NCBI GenBank assembly: GCA_963757865.1
Contig: CAVWSU010000013.1
Location: 320,350 to 384,349 of the forward strand
Reading direction: 5' to 3'
Origin: an uncultured Chloroflexia bacterium
GTDB taxonomy: Bacteria > Chloroflexota > Limnocylindria > Limnocylindrales > CSP1-4
DNA length: 64,000 bases
Shown piece by piece: positions 36,801 to 46,427 of this stretch. The position numbers and the translations under genes are program-made. How positions within the stretch are numbered: the first letter of the stretch is position 1; each line of letters opens with the position of its first letter. The notes under the pieces were generated by a model. That model saw nothing but the letters and a program-made list of their open reading frames with translations. It was not told the DNA's origin and did no database searches.

Positions 36801-39800
36801 CCGAGCGACGGATCGACGGCCCGGCCGAGCGACACGCGGAGCTGGGGCGGATGGTCGACGGAGCCGGACACCGGATCGACGGCGCCTCGGAGCCGGCCGC
36901 GAGCGGCCACGGACCCGCGAGCGGCCACGGACCCGCGAGCGGCCACGGACCCGCGAGCGGCCACGTACCCCGCTCCAGCGTCGCCCGACTCGAGCCCGAG
37001 CCTCCGCCGGAACGTCGTGCGGGCTCCACCATCGGACTGTCGCCATGGGAGCGCTGGCTCGAGCTGTGCGCGCGCATCGACGGCCGCCCCCGGCACCTCG
37101 GCATCCACGTCGGCGGCATGCTCGTCACGGCCGCCCCCCTCGTCGAGATCGCCCCCCTCGAGCGTGCCTCGATGGCCGGCCGGGTCGTCGTCCAGTTCGA
37201 CAAGCGCGACGTCGAGACGATGAAGCTCATCAAGCTCGACCTGCTCGGCCTGCGCATGCTGTCGGCGATGGACGATGCCCTGCGCGACGTCACGGCCGAC
37301 TGCGGGGTGGGACTCGACCTGGACCGCCTCCCCGAGGACCTGCCCGACGTCTTCCGCATGATCCGCGCCGCCGACACGACCGGCGTCTTCCAGATCGAGT
37401 CGCGGGCGCAGATGCAGACGCTGCCGAAATCAGCGCCGACCACCCTGGACGACCTGGTGGTCGAGGTCGCGATCATCCGCCCCGGCCCGATCCAGGGCAA
37501 CGCCGTGCATCCGTACCTGCGCCGCCGGCAGGGGCTCGAACCCGTCGCGTACCTCCACCCCAGCCTCGAGCCCATCCTGCGCGAGACCCTGGGCGTGATC
37601 CTGTACCAGGAGCAGGTGATGGAGATCGCCATCCAGGTCGCGGGCTTCAGCGCGGCCGAGTCGGATGGATTCCGGCGTGCCATGGGGACCTGGCGGTCGA
37701 GCCGTGAGATGGAGAAGCTCCATCGGAGGTTCGTGGAAGGGTGCCTGGACGTGAGCGGTCTCGACGACGAGCAGGCCGAGGAGCTGTTCCGGCAGGTCGC
37801 CGCCTTCGCGAGTTTCGGCTTCAACAAGAGCCACGCGGCGGCGTTCGCGCGGACCGCGTACGAGTCGGCGTTCCTGAAGCTCTACTACCCGGCGCAGTTC
37901 ACGGCGGGCCTCGTCAACAACCAGCCGATGGGGTTCTATCCGGTCGAGGTGCTGATCAACGACGCGAAGCGCCACGGCGTGGCGGTGCTGCCGGTGGACG
38001 TGAACCGGAGCCGGTTCCGGACCACGACCGAGTGGGTGGGGATGCCGGGCCAGCCTCTGCCCGAGGGATGCGGGATCGAGCACAGGCCGCCGGTCGTGCG
38101 CTCGTCGGGGTGTGTCGTGCCGGATCGCCGGACGCGCCGGCAGCTTGCGGCCGAGTCGGCCGAGGGGTACGGGGTCCGGCTGGGGCTCCACCTGGTGAAG
38201 GGGATCGGCCAGGAACACGCGGACCTGCTCGACGGCGAGCTGGAGCGTGGGCCGTACGGGTCGCTGGCGGACGTCGTGGCGCGCACCGGGCTGGCCGAAG
38301 AGGTGATCGAGCGACTGATCCGGGCCGGTGCCCTCGATTCGCTGGGCCGGCCCCGACGCGAGCTGCTGTGGCAGCTGCGCGAGGTGGCGACGTCGACGGG
38401 GCGGACGAAGACGGGCGCGACGACGACGGGTGCGACGACGACGGACGAAGACGCGCGACGACGGACGAGTGCCCCGACGACGACGGGTGCCCCGGGACCG
38501 GCGGGCACCTCGACGCGGACGGGTGGCCCAAGGCCGGCTCGGCACGTGCCTGTGAGGCGAGTCGAAGCGAGCTTGGAACCTGCCGGAACGCTGCCTGGCG
38601 GCATCCCATTGCCCGGACGCAGCTCGGTGCCCGGACGCGGCTTGCCGCCCGAACCCGGCTCGCCGCCCGAACCCGGCTCGGTGCCCGGACCTGGCTCACC
38701 GCCCGGACGCAGCTCGGTGCCCGAACCCAATCCTGCAGATCGCGTCCCTGCAGAAACGTATGTCGGATCCGGGGACGTTGCGGACGCTCTCTGGGCTCCT
38801 CCGGCAGGGTCCCGCGCCATCTCCGAGCACGAAGAGGGCACGAAACGGCGCAGCCTCGAGCCGATCGGGGGGCGGGGTGGCGCCGCCAACCGACATACCG
38901 TTCCCCACGAGCGTGTTTTGCAGGATATGCCGGGCTCCTCCCCGTCGCCGGGCTCCTCCCCGTCGCCGGGCTCCTCCCCGTCGCCGGGCTCCTCCCCGTC
39001 GCCGGGCTCCTCCCCGTCGCCGGGCTCTCCCCGCCGCCGCAGGCCGCTCGGTTGCGCCTGTCCGTGCCGAAAGTGCTAGCGATGTCCGATACGAGTTCGG
39101 GAGACGCGGCCCACGCCCAGCCGGGCATGGAGCCGGCCACCCAGGCCGCCCGGGGCGAACTCGGAATGGAGCCGGCCACCCGGGCCGCCTGGGGCGAACC
39201 CGGAATGGAGCCGGACCCGTCGGCTCAGCCGGGAATGGAGCCGGCCACCCGGGCCGCCTGGGGCGAACCCGGAATGGAGCCGGACCCGTCGGCCCAACCA
39301 CGGACGTATGCCCCGGCGGTCCTGGACCTGCGATTGCCACCCACCGACGCGCCGGATCTGCCGCCTCCCACCGAGGTCGAGAGGCTGGCCGACAGCTACG
39401 CGATCCTCTCGCTCGACGCGAGGCGTCAGGTGGTGGAGCTGTTCCGCCCCGCGCTGGATCGCCTCGGCGTGACCCCCAACGCGAGCCTCGCCGATCGGCG
39501 CCCAGGTCGGGTTCGAATCGCGGGCCTGGTCGTGACCCGGCAGCATCCGATGACGGCACGCGGCACCGTCTTCCTCGCGCTCGAGGACGAGACGGCGATG
39601 GTCAACGTCACGCTGTGGCCCGACCAGTGGGCCAGGTTCCGATCGGTCGTGCGGCGCCACGCACTCCTGTGGATCGACGGCGAACTGCAGCGGGAGGCGA
39701 GTGTCGTGAACGTGGTGGCGCACGACGTGCGCGCCCTTCCGGCCGTCGCACGGACCGCCGGGGGTCCCGAGCCCCCAGGTGGAATCCGGGCACAGGGCTA

Positions 39801-39822
39801 CTCGGGACTGCGACGAGGGTAG
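33830..39822 (+). CDS. dnaE2: Error-prone DNA polymerase III alpha DnaE2, very long, interrupted by three single-base frameshifts (~34770, 35779/80, 39026/27)
   Basis: PHP domain (ELHCH, TDH, NDVHY), YPDVDIDF, KLDLLG, FGFNKSHAAAF, C-terminal OB fold (AGLVVTRQHPMTARGTVFLALEDE) spread over three frames. Reconstructed length ~1,997 aa. Confidence 0.88.
35994..36190. mobile_element. 197-bp MITE/palindromic element, copy 1, inside dnaE2
   Basis: 37-bp imperfect inverted ends ATCCTGCAGAACGCGCTCCCATGGAACGGTATGTCGG and rc ATCATGCAATTCGTGCTCCTGCAGAACGGTATGTCCG (27/37). Confidence 0.7.
36899..36970 (+). repeat. 4 x 18-bp tandem repeat (ASGHGP) in a dnaE2 insert
   Basis: GCGAGCGGCCACGGACCC three times plus one copy with a single mismatch. 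Confidence 0.9.
38730..38926. mobile_element. 197-bp MITE/palindromic element, copy 2 (opposite orientation), inside dnaE2
   Basis: Ends ATCCTGCAGATCGCGTCCCTGCAGAAACGTATGTCGG and rc ATCCTGCAAAACACGCTCGTGGGGAACGGTATGTCGG; the latter matches the copy-1 left end at 31/37. Confidence 0.7.
38929..39035 (+). repeat. 5 x 18-bp tandem repeat plus a partial sixth unit lacking one C
   Basis: GCCGGGCTCCTCCCCGTC five times, then GCCGGGCTC-TCCCCG. Confidence 0.9.
39118..39300 (+). repeat. Nested repeats (PGMEPATRAAWGE / PGMEPDPSAQ) in a dnaE2 insert
   Basis: GG(A/C)ATGGAGCCGG recurs five times within longer duplicated units. Confidence 0.8.
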
Positions 39823-40135
39823 CGATCCGCGACGAGGGCAACGATCGGCGCCAGGAACGCGATCGACGCGAGGATGCGCGAGCGGCGCGAGAGCAGGCGA
39901 TCGGCGACGAAGACCCGCGATCGCCGAGGAAGGCGATCGGCGGCGCGAGAGCAGGCCATCGGCGTGGGTCGGCGACAGGGCGGCGATCGGCGGCGCGAGA
40001 GCAGGCGGGATCGTTGACGAGGGTAACCGACCGGCGACTAGGGCAGGCGACCGGCGACGAGGGCAAGCGACCCGCGACGCGGAAGCGATCGGCTCAAGAA
40101 CAGGCGATCCGCCACTGGGTCAGACGATCGGCGCC
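39823..40135. repeat. Degenerate intergenic repeat array
   Basis: Many copies of a GCGATCGGCG(A/G)CG-type core; CGGCGCGAGAGCAGGC appears three times. Confidence 0.65.
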
Positions 40136-40157
40136 GGCTGGAGCCCAGCGGTCGAGC

Positions 40158-40859
40158 TCAGCGGGCCCGCTTCGCCTCAGGGCGTCGTGCATCCCGGCGC
40201 TGCGCGCGCTTGCGTGCCTCGGCCGCCTCCCGGCTGCGAGCCTGGGAACGGCGGAGGAAGTCGCGGTACCACGACGCGAACCAGCCGAAGATGGCGCCGG
40301 TGAGAACGAACTGCACGAGCTGCCAGAGCGAGTACAGCACGCGGTCGGTAACGCTCATCGTGTCCAGCGTGGCGAACATGCCGACCAGCCCCAGCGCAAG
40401 CACCACGAACAGCACCGAAGCGACCAGGCCGAGGAGCGCCCCGAACAGGTACGCGCCGCGGGGGACCAGGAAGCCGACCGCGAAGAACAGCAGCGTCGGC
40501 TGCAGGAAGGCGAGCTGCACGTACAGCGACGCGATACCTGCACCGTTCACCTGGTCCCTGGGCAGCACCGCGGCCACGATCGCGCCCACCACGAGCAGCG
40601 CGAACGGGACGAGGATCAGCGGCTTTTCCCGCGCCACGGCCGGCGCGGCCTGCAGGTCGGCGCCGACGTCCGGCATGTGGAACCGCCCGATCGCCCGGCG
40701 CGCAGATTCGACCAGGGATGTCGGGGGCTCGGACGGCGAGCGCCCGGATGACGAGTGCTCGAACGAGGCGTCGCGATCGGCTGCCGCGACATCTGTGACC
40801 TGCGTCGCGCGATAGCGCTTTCGAGCTTCGGCGCGCTCGGTCCTCTTTGCGCGGGCCAA
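40158..40859 (-). CDS. Hypothetical 4-TM membrane protein with basic termini
   Basis: AAAGGAG RBS before TTG 40859; hydrophobic core flanked by Arg/Lys-rich ends. Confidence 0.7.
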   Translation of the reverse strand: MARAKRTERAEARKRYRATQVTDVAAADRDASFEHSSSGRSPSEPPTSLVESARRAIGRFHMPDVGADLQAAPAVAREKPLILVPFALLVVGAIVAAVLPRDQVNGAGIASLYVQLAFLQPTLLFFAVGFLVPRGAYLFGALLGLVASVLFVVLALGLVGMFATLDTMSVTDRVLYSLWQLVQFVLTGAIFGWFASWYRDFLRRSQARSREAAEARKRAQRRDARRPEAKRAR

Positions 40860-41056
40860 CGATCGACTCCTTTGCTGCGCCTGACGGCCGGCGGGGTGCT
40901 CGGCCGGCGGCACCTGTGCGCACTCGGATGATCCGGGCGACGGTGCTCGGCCGGTGCTGCGCATGGTACCCCGACCGGGCCGGTAAGCGGGAGTGGATCG
41001 GCAATTGAGTCGACTGCGCTACAAGGGCGTTACCGCCGGCGCCCGGAGGTGCTGTC

Positions 41057-44000
41057 ATGGATCGCCCGATTCGTTGCCGTCGCCCGCGCTTCCCTCGCGG
41101 GGCCCTCGTCTCGAGCATCGTGCTCGTACTTGCCATCGCCGGACTGGCGATGGGGGCGGGATCGGCCGCGTCCACCCCCACCTGGCCCGCGTCGACCGGG
41201 CTGCTCGTCAGCGAGATCCAGACCGGCGGCGCCAGTGCCTCGGACGAGTTGATCGAGCTGTTCAACGCCGCCTCGCAGCCGGCGGACCTGTCCGGAATCG
41301 AGGTCGTGTACGTGACGTCGACGGGAGGCACGGTGACCCGGAAGGTCGCATGGACTGCCTCCCTCCTCGTCGATCCGGGCCGGCACGTCCTGCTTGCGAA
41401 CGTCTCCGGTGTGCATGCGACCGGCGCCGACGCGACGTACTCGGGCGGCCTGTCGGCCACAGGCGGCAGCATCGTGCTCCGGGCGATCGGCGGGGCACCC
41501 ATCGACGCGGTGAGCTGGGGGGATGCTGCGAACGGGTACGCGGAAGGCATTTCGGCACCTGCGCCCGCCGCCGGATCCAGCCTCGAGCGACTGCCCGGCG
41601 GCCTCGACGGCAACTGGCGGGACACGAACGACAACGCGGGCGATTTCGTGATCCTCGCGTCTCCGACACCTCAGCGGCTCTCCGATCCGCCGGTCGGGCT
41701 TCCGCCCGCGACGCCGCCACCGAGTGAGTCACCCACGCCCGAGCCGACGCCGACCCCGGAGCCGACGCCGACACCGATCCCCACGCCGACCCCCGAGCCC
41801 TCCGCGACGCCGACTCCCGAGCCGACGTCGACACCAACCTCCACGCCGACGCCGACGCCGACGCGCCGACGCCGACGCCGACACCGACGGCCACGCCCCA
41901 GCCCACCCCGACCGCCACGCCGACGCCGACTCCAACGCCGACGCCAACGCCCCTGCCGACGGCGACGCCGACTCCCGTGCCCACCCCGACCCCGATCCTG
42001 CCGATCGCCGAGGCCAGGGCGCTGGCGGATGGGCAGTCCGTCGTGGTCGCCGGCATCCTCACGACGCCGCCGGGTTTCGTCGAGTCCGCTCTCGAGGCGT
42101 TCATCGAGGATGCCACCGGGGGCATCGCGCTGCACCTGACCGCCGCCTGGCCGGCCTACGCGATGGGCGACGGCGTGCTGGCGCGCGGCACCCTCGACAC
42201 ACGGTACGGCCAGCGCATCGTGCGCATCGCCTCTGGCGCCGACCTCGAGCGGTCCATCCTGCCGCCCATCGGCGCCCCCACCTCCATCGCCACCGGCTCC
42301 GCCGGCGAGGCATGGGAGGGACGGCGAGTCGAGGTCGCCGGTGTCGTCCAGTCGGGCCGGACGACGCTGGCCGACGGATTCGGTGTCGACGTGGACGACG
42401 GCTCGGGTCCCGTCCGAGTCGTGGCAGTCGTCGCGAGCGGCGTGGCGACCACGGACCTCGTGACCGGAGCGACGGTGACGATCACCGGCGTGCTCGGTCA
42501 GCACGACTCCGGGGGCAGTGGCGGCTACCGCCTGTACGTCCGCGACCGATCCGACGTGGTCCTCGCACCGGACCCGACGCCGACACCCACGCCAGAGCCC
42601 ACCCCCACCCCAACGCCCACTCCGACGCCGAGCCCGACTCCAACGCCGACCCCCACACCCACCCCGACGCCCTCGCCCAGCCCGAGCCCGTCGGCATCGC
42701 CCTCCGCCCCCACCCCGATCGGGTCGGCACGCAAGCTGGCGGTCGGCAGCAAGGTCACCGTGGAAGGCGTCGTCACGTCGGAAACGGGTGCGATCCTCGA
42801 TCTGCGGACGGTCGCCGTCCAGGATTCGACCGGCGGGATCCTTGTCCTCCTGCCGACGCGCGACGCCCCGATCCTGGCCCGCGGCGACCGCGTATCCGCA
42901 ACCGGCAAACTGGCCTCTCGCTCGGGAGCGCTCGAGGTCAGCGTGAGCAGCGCGACCGCCGTGCGCATTCTCGGCACCGGGACACTGCCCATCCCTCACG
43001 CCGTGACCTCGAAGGGCCTCGGCGAGAGCAGCGAAGGGCTCCTCGTCGGGGCGACCGGCACGATCACGCGGCTCACACACGCGACGTCGGGCGCCGCGAC
43101 CATCGTCATGTCCGACGGCGACGGGAGCCTGACCGTCTCGTGCTGGCAGGCCTGCGCTCCCACCGCCAGCCGTGGCTCGCGCGTCGAGATCACGGGCATC
43201 GCCGGGCAGCGCTGGACCCGTTCGGGCGCCGCCGACGGGTACCGGATCTGGCCCCGTGATGCCTCGGACGTGCGGGTCCTCGGATCGGGCGGCGCCGCGG
43301 ACGATGGTGATGCCCCGGCGAGCGCAGCCCCCGGCGGCTCGGCCGCGCCATCCGGCGTGGTCACGATCACCTCCGCGCGATCGCGCAGCGGTGTCGACGT
43401 GACGATCGAGGCCGCCGTGACGACGGTCCCCGGGTTCATCGACACCGACGCTCGGCGGGTCGTCGTGCAGGACGCCAGTGGGGGCATTCTCGTGCGCATG
43501 CCCGCGGACGGCCCGATGGTCGCCCTGGGCGATCGTCTCCGCCTCACCGGCCGCATCGGGACCTTCGGAGGGGCCCCACAGCTCGCCGTGACGAAGGTCA
43601 CGGCCGTCGGCCACGGGTCCACTCCGACCCCTACGGCCCTTGCGGCCGCACCGGGACCGGCGGACGAGTGGCGCCTCGTGCGCATTGATGGCCGCGTGCA
43701 GTCGGTCAGGCGGTACGGCTCGACCTGGCGCGCGGAAATCCAGCTCGTGTCCGGTGCCACCGTATGCATCCAGGGCACCACGCGCAGCGGCGTGCCATCG
43801 ACCGCCCTCGTGGAGGGCCGTGACGCGAGCGTCACCGGCATCGTCCGCCGTCCGTCGAGCGGCGCGAGCGACCAGCGCCTGGCCGTCCTGCCGCGGTCTC
43901 CCGCCGACGTCGCGCTCGGGCCCGCGCCAGCCGCCGGGTCGTCGCCCGAAGGTGCCACGACCATCGCGGGCGCGAGCGGCAACGGCTCCGCGGCTGGGGG

Positions 44001-44622
44001 TGCTCGCGCGGCGAGCCTCCAGAGCGGCGCCGGCCCAGCAACCGACGTCGACCTGAGTGATCTCGCGGCGCATGTCGGGCAGCTCGTGCGGGTGGGCGGA
44101 ATCGTGTCCGCCACGCGCATCGACGGCCTGACGCTCGACGACGGTACCGGACAGGCCGGCATCCGCATCGTCGACGAGGCCGCGACGCTGCTTCCCTCGA
44201 TCAAGCCCGGCGATGTGCTCAACGTGATCGGCAGGGTCGAGCAGGCCGGCGACGAGCCCGCAGTGGTGGTCACGAGCGATCCTGCGGCGGTCGCCCGCGT
44301 CGGGAGCCTCGGCGAGAGCATCCCTCTCGCCGGAGGGCCCGTCACCGAAGCCTCCGGCGCGCCCGGCGCCGCGGGCGACGGCTCGGAATCCGCACTCCGG
44401 CCGCTGCACGAGATCCGTCTCGGCGCGGTCGCGGTGCCGTTGCCGGACGGCCTTCCGGGATGGACGCTCGTCCTGGCCGTGGGCGTCCTCCTCGCCGGCT
44501 CGATCGTGACGGCCCTCGTCGGGCGCCGCGTGGTGGCCGACCGGAGGGAGCGCACGGGAAGGAGCATGGTCGACCGGCTCGCACGCGTGGTCGCGGCCCC
44601 GTCGCGGGACATGCACCGGTGA
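41057..44622 (+). CDS. Secreted, membrane-anchored lamin-tail-domain (LTD) + multiple OB-fold protein with Pro/Thr linkers; -1 frameshift at ~41863
   Basis: Signal peptide; [10 protein letters not shown]...[11 protein letters not shown]; PT repeats; repeated PI-x-x-AR...V-x-V-x-G-x-V-T OB-like modules; C-terminal TM. ACGCGCCG in the (ACGCCG)n tract lacks one base. Confidence 0.75.
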
Positions 44623-44715
44623 CCGCGCCGGCCTCGAGGCGAACACATGGTCCCGCTCGGGGGCCACCGAAGCACGGCGAAAGGTCCCTCGTGTGGGACG
44701 GGACTGCCGGTTCGC

Positions 44716-44745
44716 TTGACGCTCGCGTTTGCGCTTCTCTATGCT
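44716..44745 (+). promoter_or_regulatory. Sigma70-type promoter
   Basis: TTGACG-N18-TATGCT upstream of the nucleoside phosphorylase. Confidence 0.55.
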
Positions 44746-44789
44746 CGGCGCCAGCTCCGCGTGGCGGAGGCGGTACGAGGAACGTTGAC

Positions 44790-45644
44790 TTGCCGAATGC
44801 GGACCCCCGCGTCGCGGTGCCCGAGACCGATCGCCAGTACCACATCGACCTCGCCCCCGGCGAGCTCGCCGAGTACATCCTTCTCCCGGGCGATCCCGAA
44901 CGCATCGAGCGGATAGCGGCCCGCTTCGACACCATCGAGCTCTCGCGCCATCATCGCGAGTTCGTCAGCGTCACCGGCACGTACCGGGGACTTCGCGTGT
45001 CGGCCGTTTCCACGGGCATCGGCACTGACAACGTGGAGATCGTGCTCGCCGAGATCCTGGCCATCACCACGCGCCCGGCGCTGATCCGCGTCGGGTCCTG
45101 CGGCGTGCTGCGCGAGGAGATCGGCATCGGAGACCTGGTGGTGACCACTGGGGCCGTCAGGCTCGAGTCCACCACCTCGTACTACGTCCACGAGGGGTAC
45201 CCTGCCGTCGCGGATTACGCCGCGGTGGGCGCGCTCCTCGAGGCAGCCGCCCGCCGAGGCAAGCGGGCACATCTCGGGATCACGGCGACCGCCCCGGGGT
45301 TCTACGGCGCACAGGGACGGCCGATCCCCCAGCTGCCGATCCGCTTTCCGGATCTGGCCGAGGAGATGCGCCGGCAGGGCGTCGTGAACTTCGAGATGGA
45401 GGGCTCGGCGGTGCTGGTGCTGGCCGGGCTCGCTGGATGTCGTGCAGGCGTCGTCTGCACGGCGTTCGCGCACCGGACGACAGGGGAGTTCCTGCAGGGG
45501 GAGGCGAGGGAGCGAGCGGAGTCCGACTGCATCGAGGTGGGCCTGGAGGCCCTGATGGTCCTGTCCGAGATGGACCGCCAGGTCCAGGAGGCAGGGGCGA
45601 CGCGCTGGCGTCCCGGGCTCTGGTCCGAGGGCTCGGGCGCGTAA
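44790..45644 (+). CDS. udp: Uridine/nucleoside phosphorylase
   Basis: QYHI, LLPGDPER, HREF, STGIG, IRVGSCG, NFEME motifs. Confidence 0.85.
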   Translation: MPNADPRVAVPETDRQYHIDLAPGELAEYILLPGDPERIERIAARFDTIELSRHHREFVSVTGTYRGLRVSAVSTGIGTDNVEIVLAEILAITTRPALIRVGSCGVLREEIGIGDLVVTTGAVRLESTTSYYVHEGYPAVADYAAVGALLEAAARRGKRAHLGITATAPGFYGAQGRPIPQLPIRFPDLAEEMRRQGVVNFEMEGSAVLVLAGLAGCRAGVVCTAFAHRTTGEFLQGEARERAESDCIEVGLEALMVLSEMDRQVQEAGATRWRPGLWSEGSGA

Positions 45645-45722
45645 GCGTTGGAGCGACCGACGGCGACCGGCGTTGCCGGTGGGCGTCACGAGTGCCGGGT
45701 CGACCGGCGAGAGGAGCACCCG

Positions 45723-45863
45723 ATGGCTGAAGCGTATTGCGTCAAGTGCAAGACCAAGCGAGAGGTCAAGGACCCCGAGCAGGTCACGATGAAGAACGGC
45801 AAGCACGCCCTCAAGGGCAAGTGCCCGGTCTGTGGGACCAGCGTCTTCAAGATCGGCGGCTGA
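45723..45863 (+). CDS. Small zinc-ribbon protein (DUF5679-like)
   Basis: MAEAYCVKCKTKRE...GKCPVCGTSVFKIGG, with two CxxC; GAGGAG RBS. Confidence 0.85.
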   Translation: MAEAYCVKCKTKREVKDPEQVTMKNGKHALKGKCPVCGTSVFKIGG

Positions 45864-45885
45864 CCGACACCCTTCGCGTCTCCCC

Positions 45886-46093
45886 GAAGGCCCCGGCTCC
45901 GGCCGGGGCCTTCGCACGTCCGGCGCCGATCGATCCCGGCCGCCCGGACGGGTTTCGAGCGTCCGGCCCCGACCGACAGGCTCCCGGTCCGGTCCAGCGC
46001 GTGTCTTGCCACACCATCGCGCCGGCCGGCCGGGGCCTTCGCACGTCCGGCACCTCGACCGCCCCGGCTCCGGCCGGGGCTTTCGCACGTCCG
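45886..46093. repeat. REP-like hairpin repeats (three copies); the first may act as a terminator
   Basis: GAAGGCCCCGGC-TCCG-GCCGGGGCCTTC (12-bp stem); GCCGGGGC(C/T)TTCGCACGTCCG recurs at 45902, 46029 and 46073. Confidence 0.7.
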
Positions 46094-46175
46094 CCGGCCG
46101 GTCGACCCCGGCCACCCGCGCCGGGCGGCCCATCCACATCGGGCCTTCCGGGCCGATTCCGGGGCGGAATCCGGT

Positions 46176-46184
46176 TGGTACAAT
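46176..46184 (+). promoter_or_regulatory. Extended -10 promoter for the gap-pgk operon
   Basis: TG-g-TACAAT about 240 nt upstream of gap. Confidence 0.5.
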
Positions 46185-46427
46185 CGCGGGGACATGGATC
46201 ATCGGCAGACGGCGCCCGGTTGGCGCCCGCCTGCGGCGGCGGCCTTCGGAGCGGGATGCGTTCTCCGCGACGCGGCCTGCCGGAGCGTCACCGATCACCC
46301 GGCCCGCTGTTTCCACTCGCCGGTGGCCTGAGCAACCGGCGGTCTCTCGCGATCACGGGGGTTCTGGAGCCCCCCATGCCACGCCATCGATGCGCCCGCG
46401 CGGGCGGGCACCAGGAGGTACCGCACC

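Noticed and set aside
35750-39310. Inteins as the explanation for the DnaE2 inserts
   Set aside because: No Hint-domain motifs, no His-Asn/Cys-Ser-Thr junction and no LAGLIDADG; the inserts are low-complexity.
35750-40135. CRISPR-like appearance of the repeat arrays
   Set aside because: Units are directly adjacent or degenerate with no unique spacers, and there are no cas genes.
41700-42000. Phase variation in the Pro/Thr repeat
   Set aside because: The repeat unit is 6 bp, so slippage would keep the frame; the 1-bp loss is more likely an error.
44641-44652. Possible SOS box GAAC-ACAT-GGTC upstream of udp
   Set aside because: One mismatch and ~65 bp upstream of the -35, unlike the two convincing boxes.
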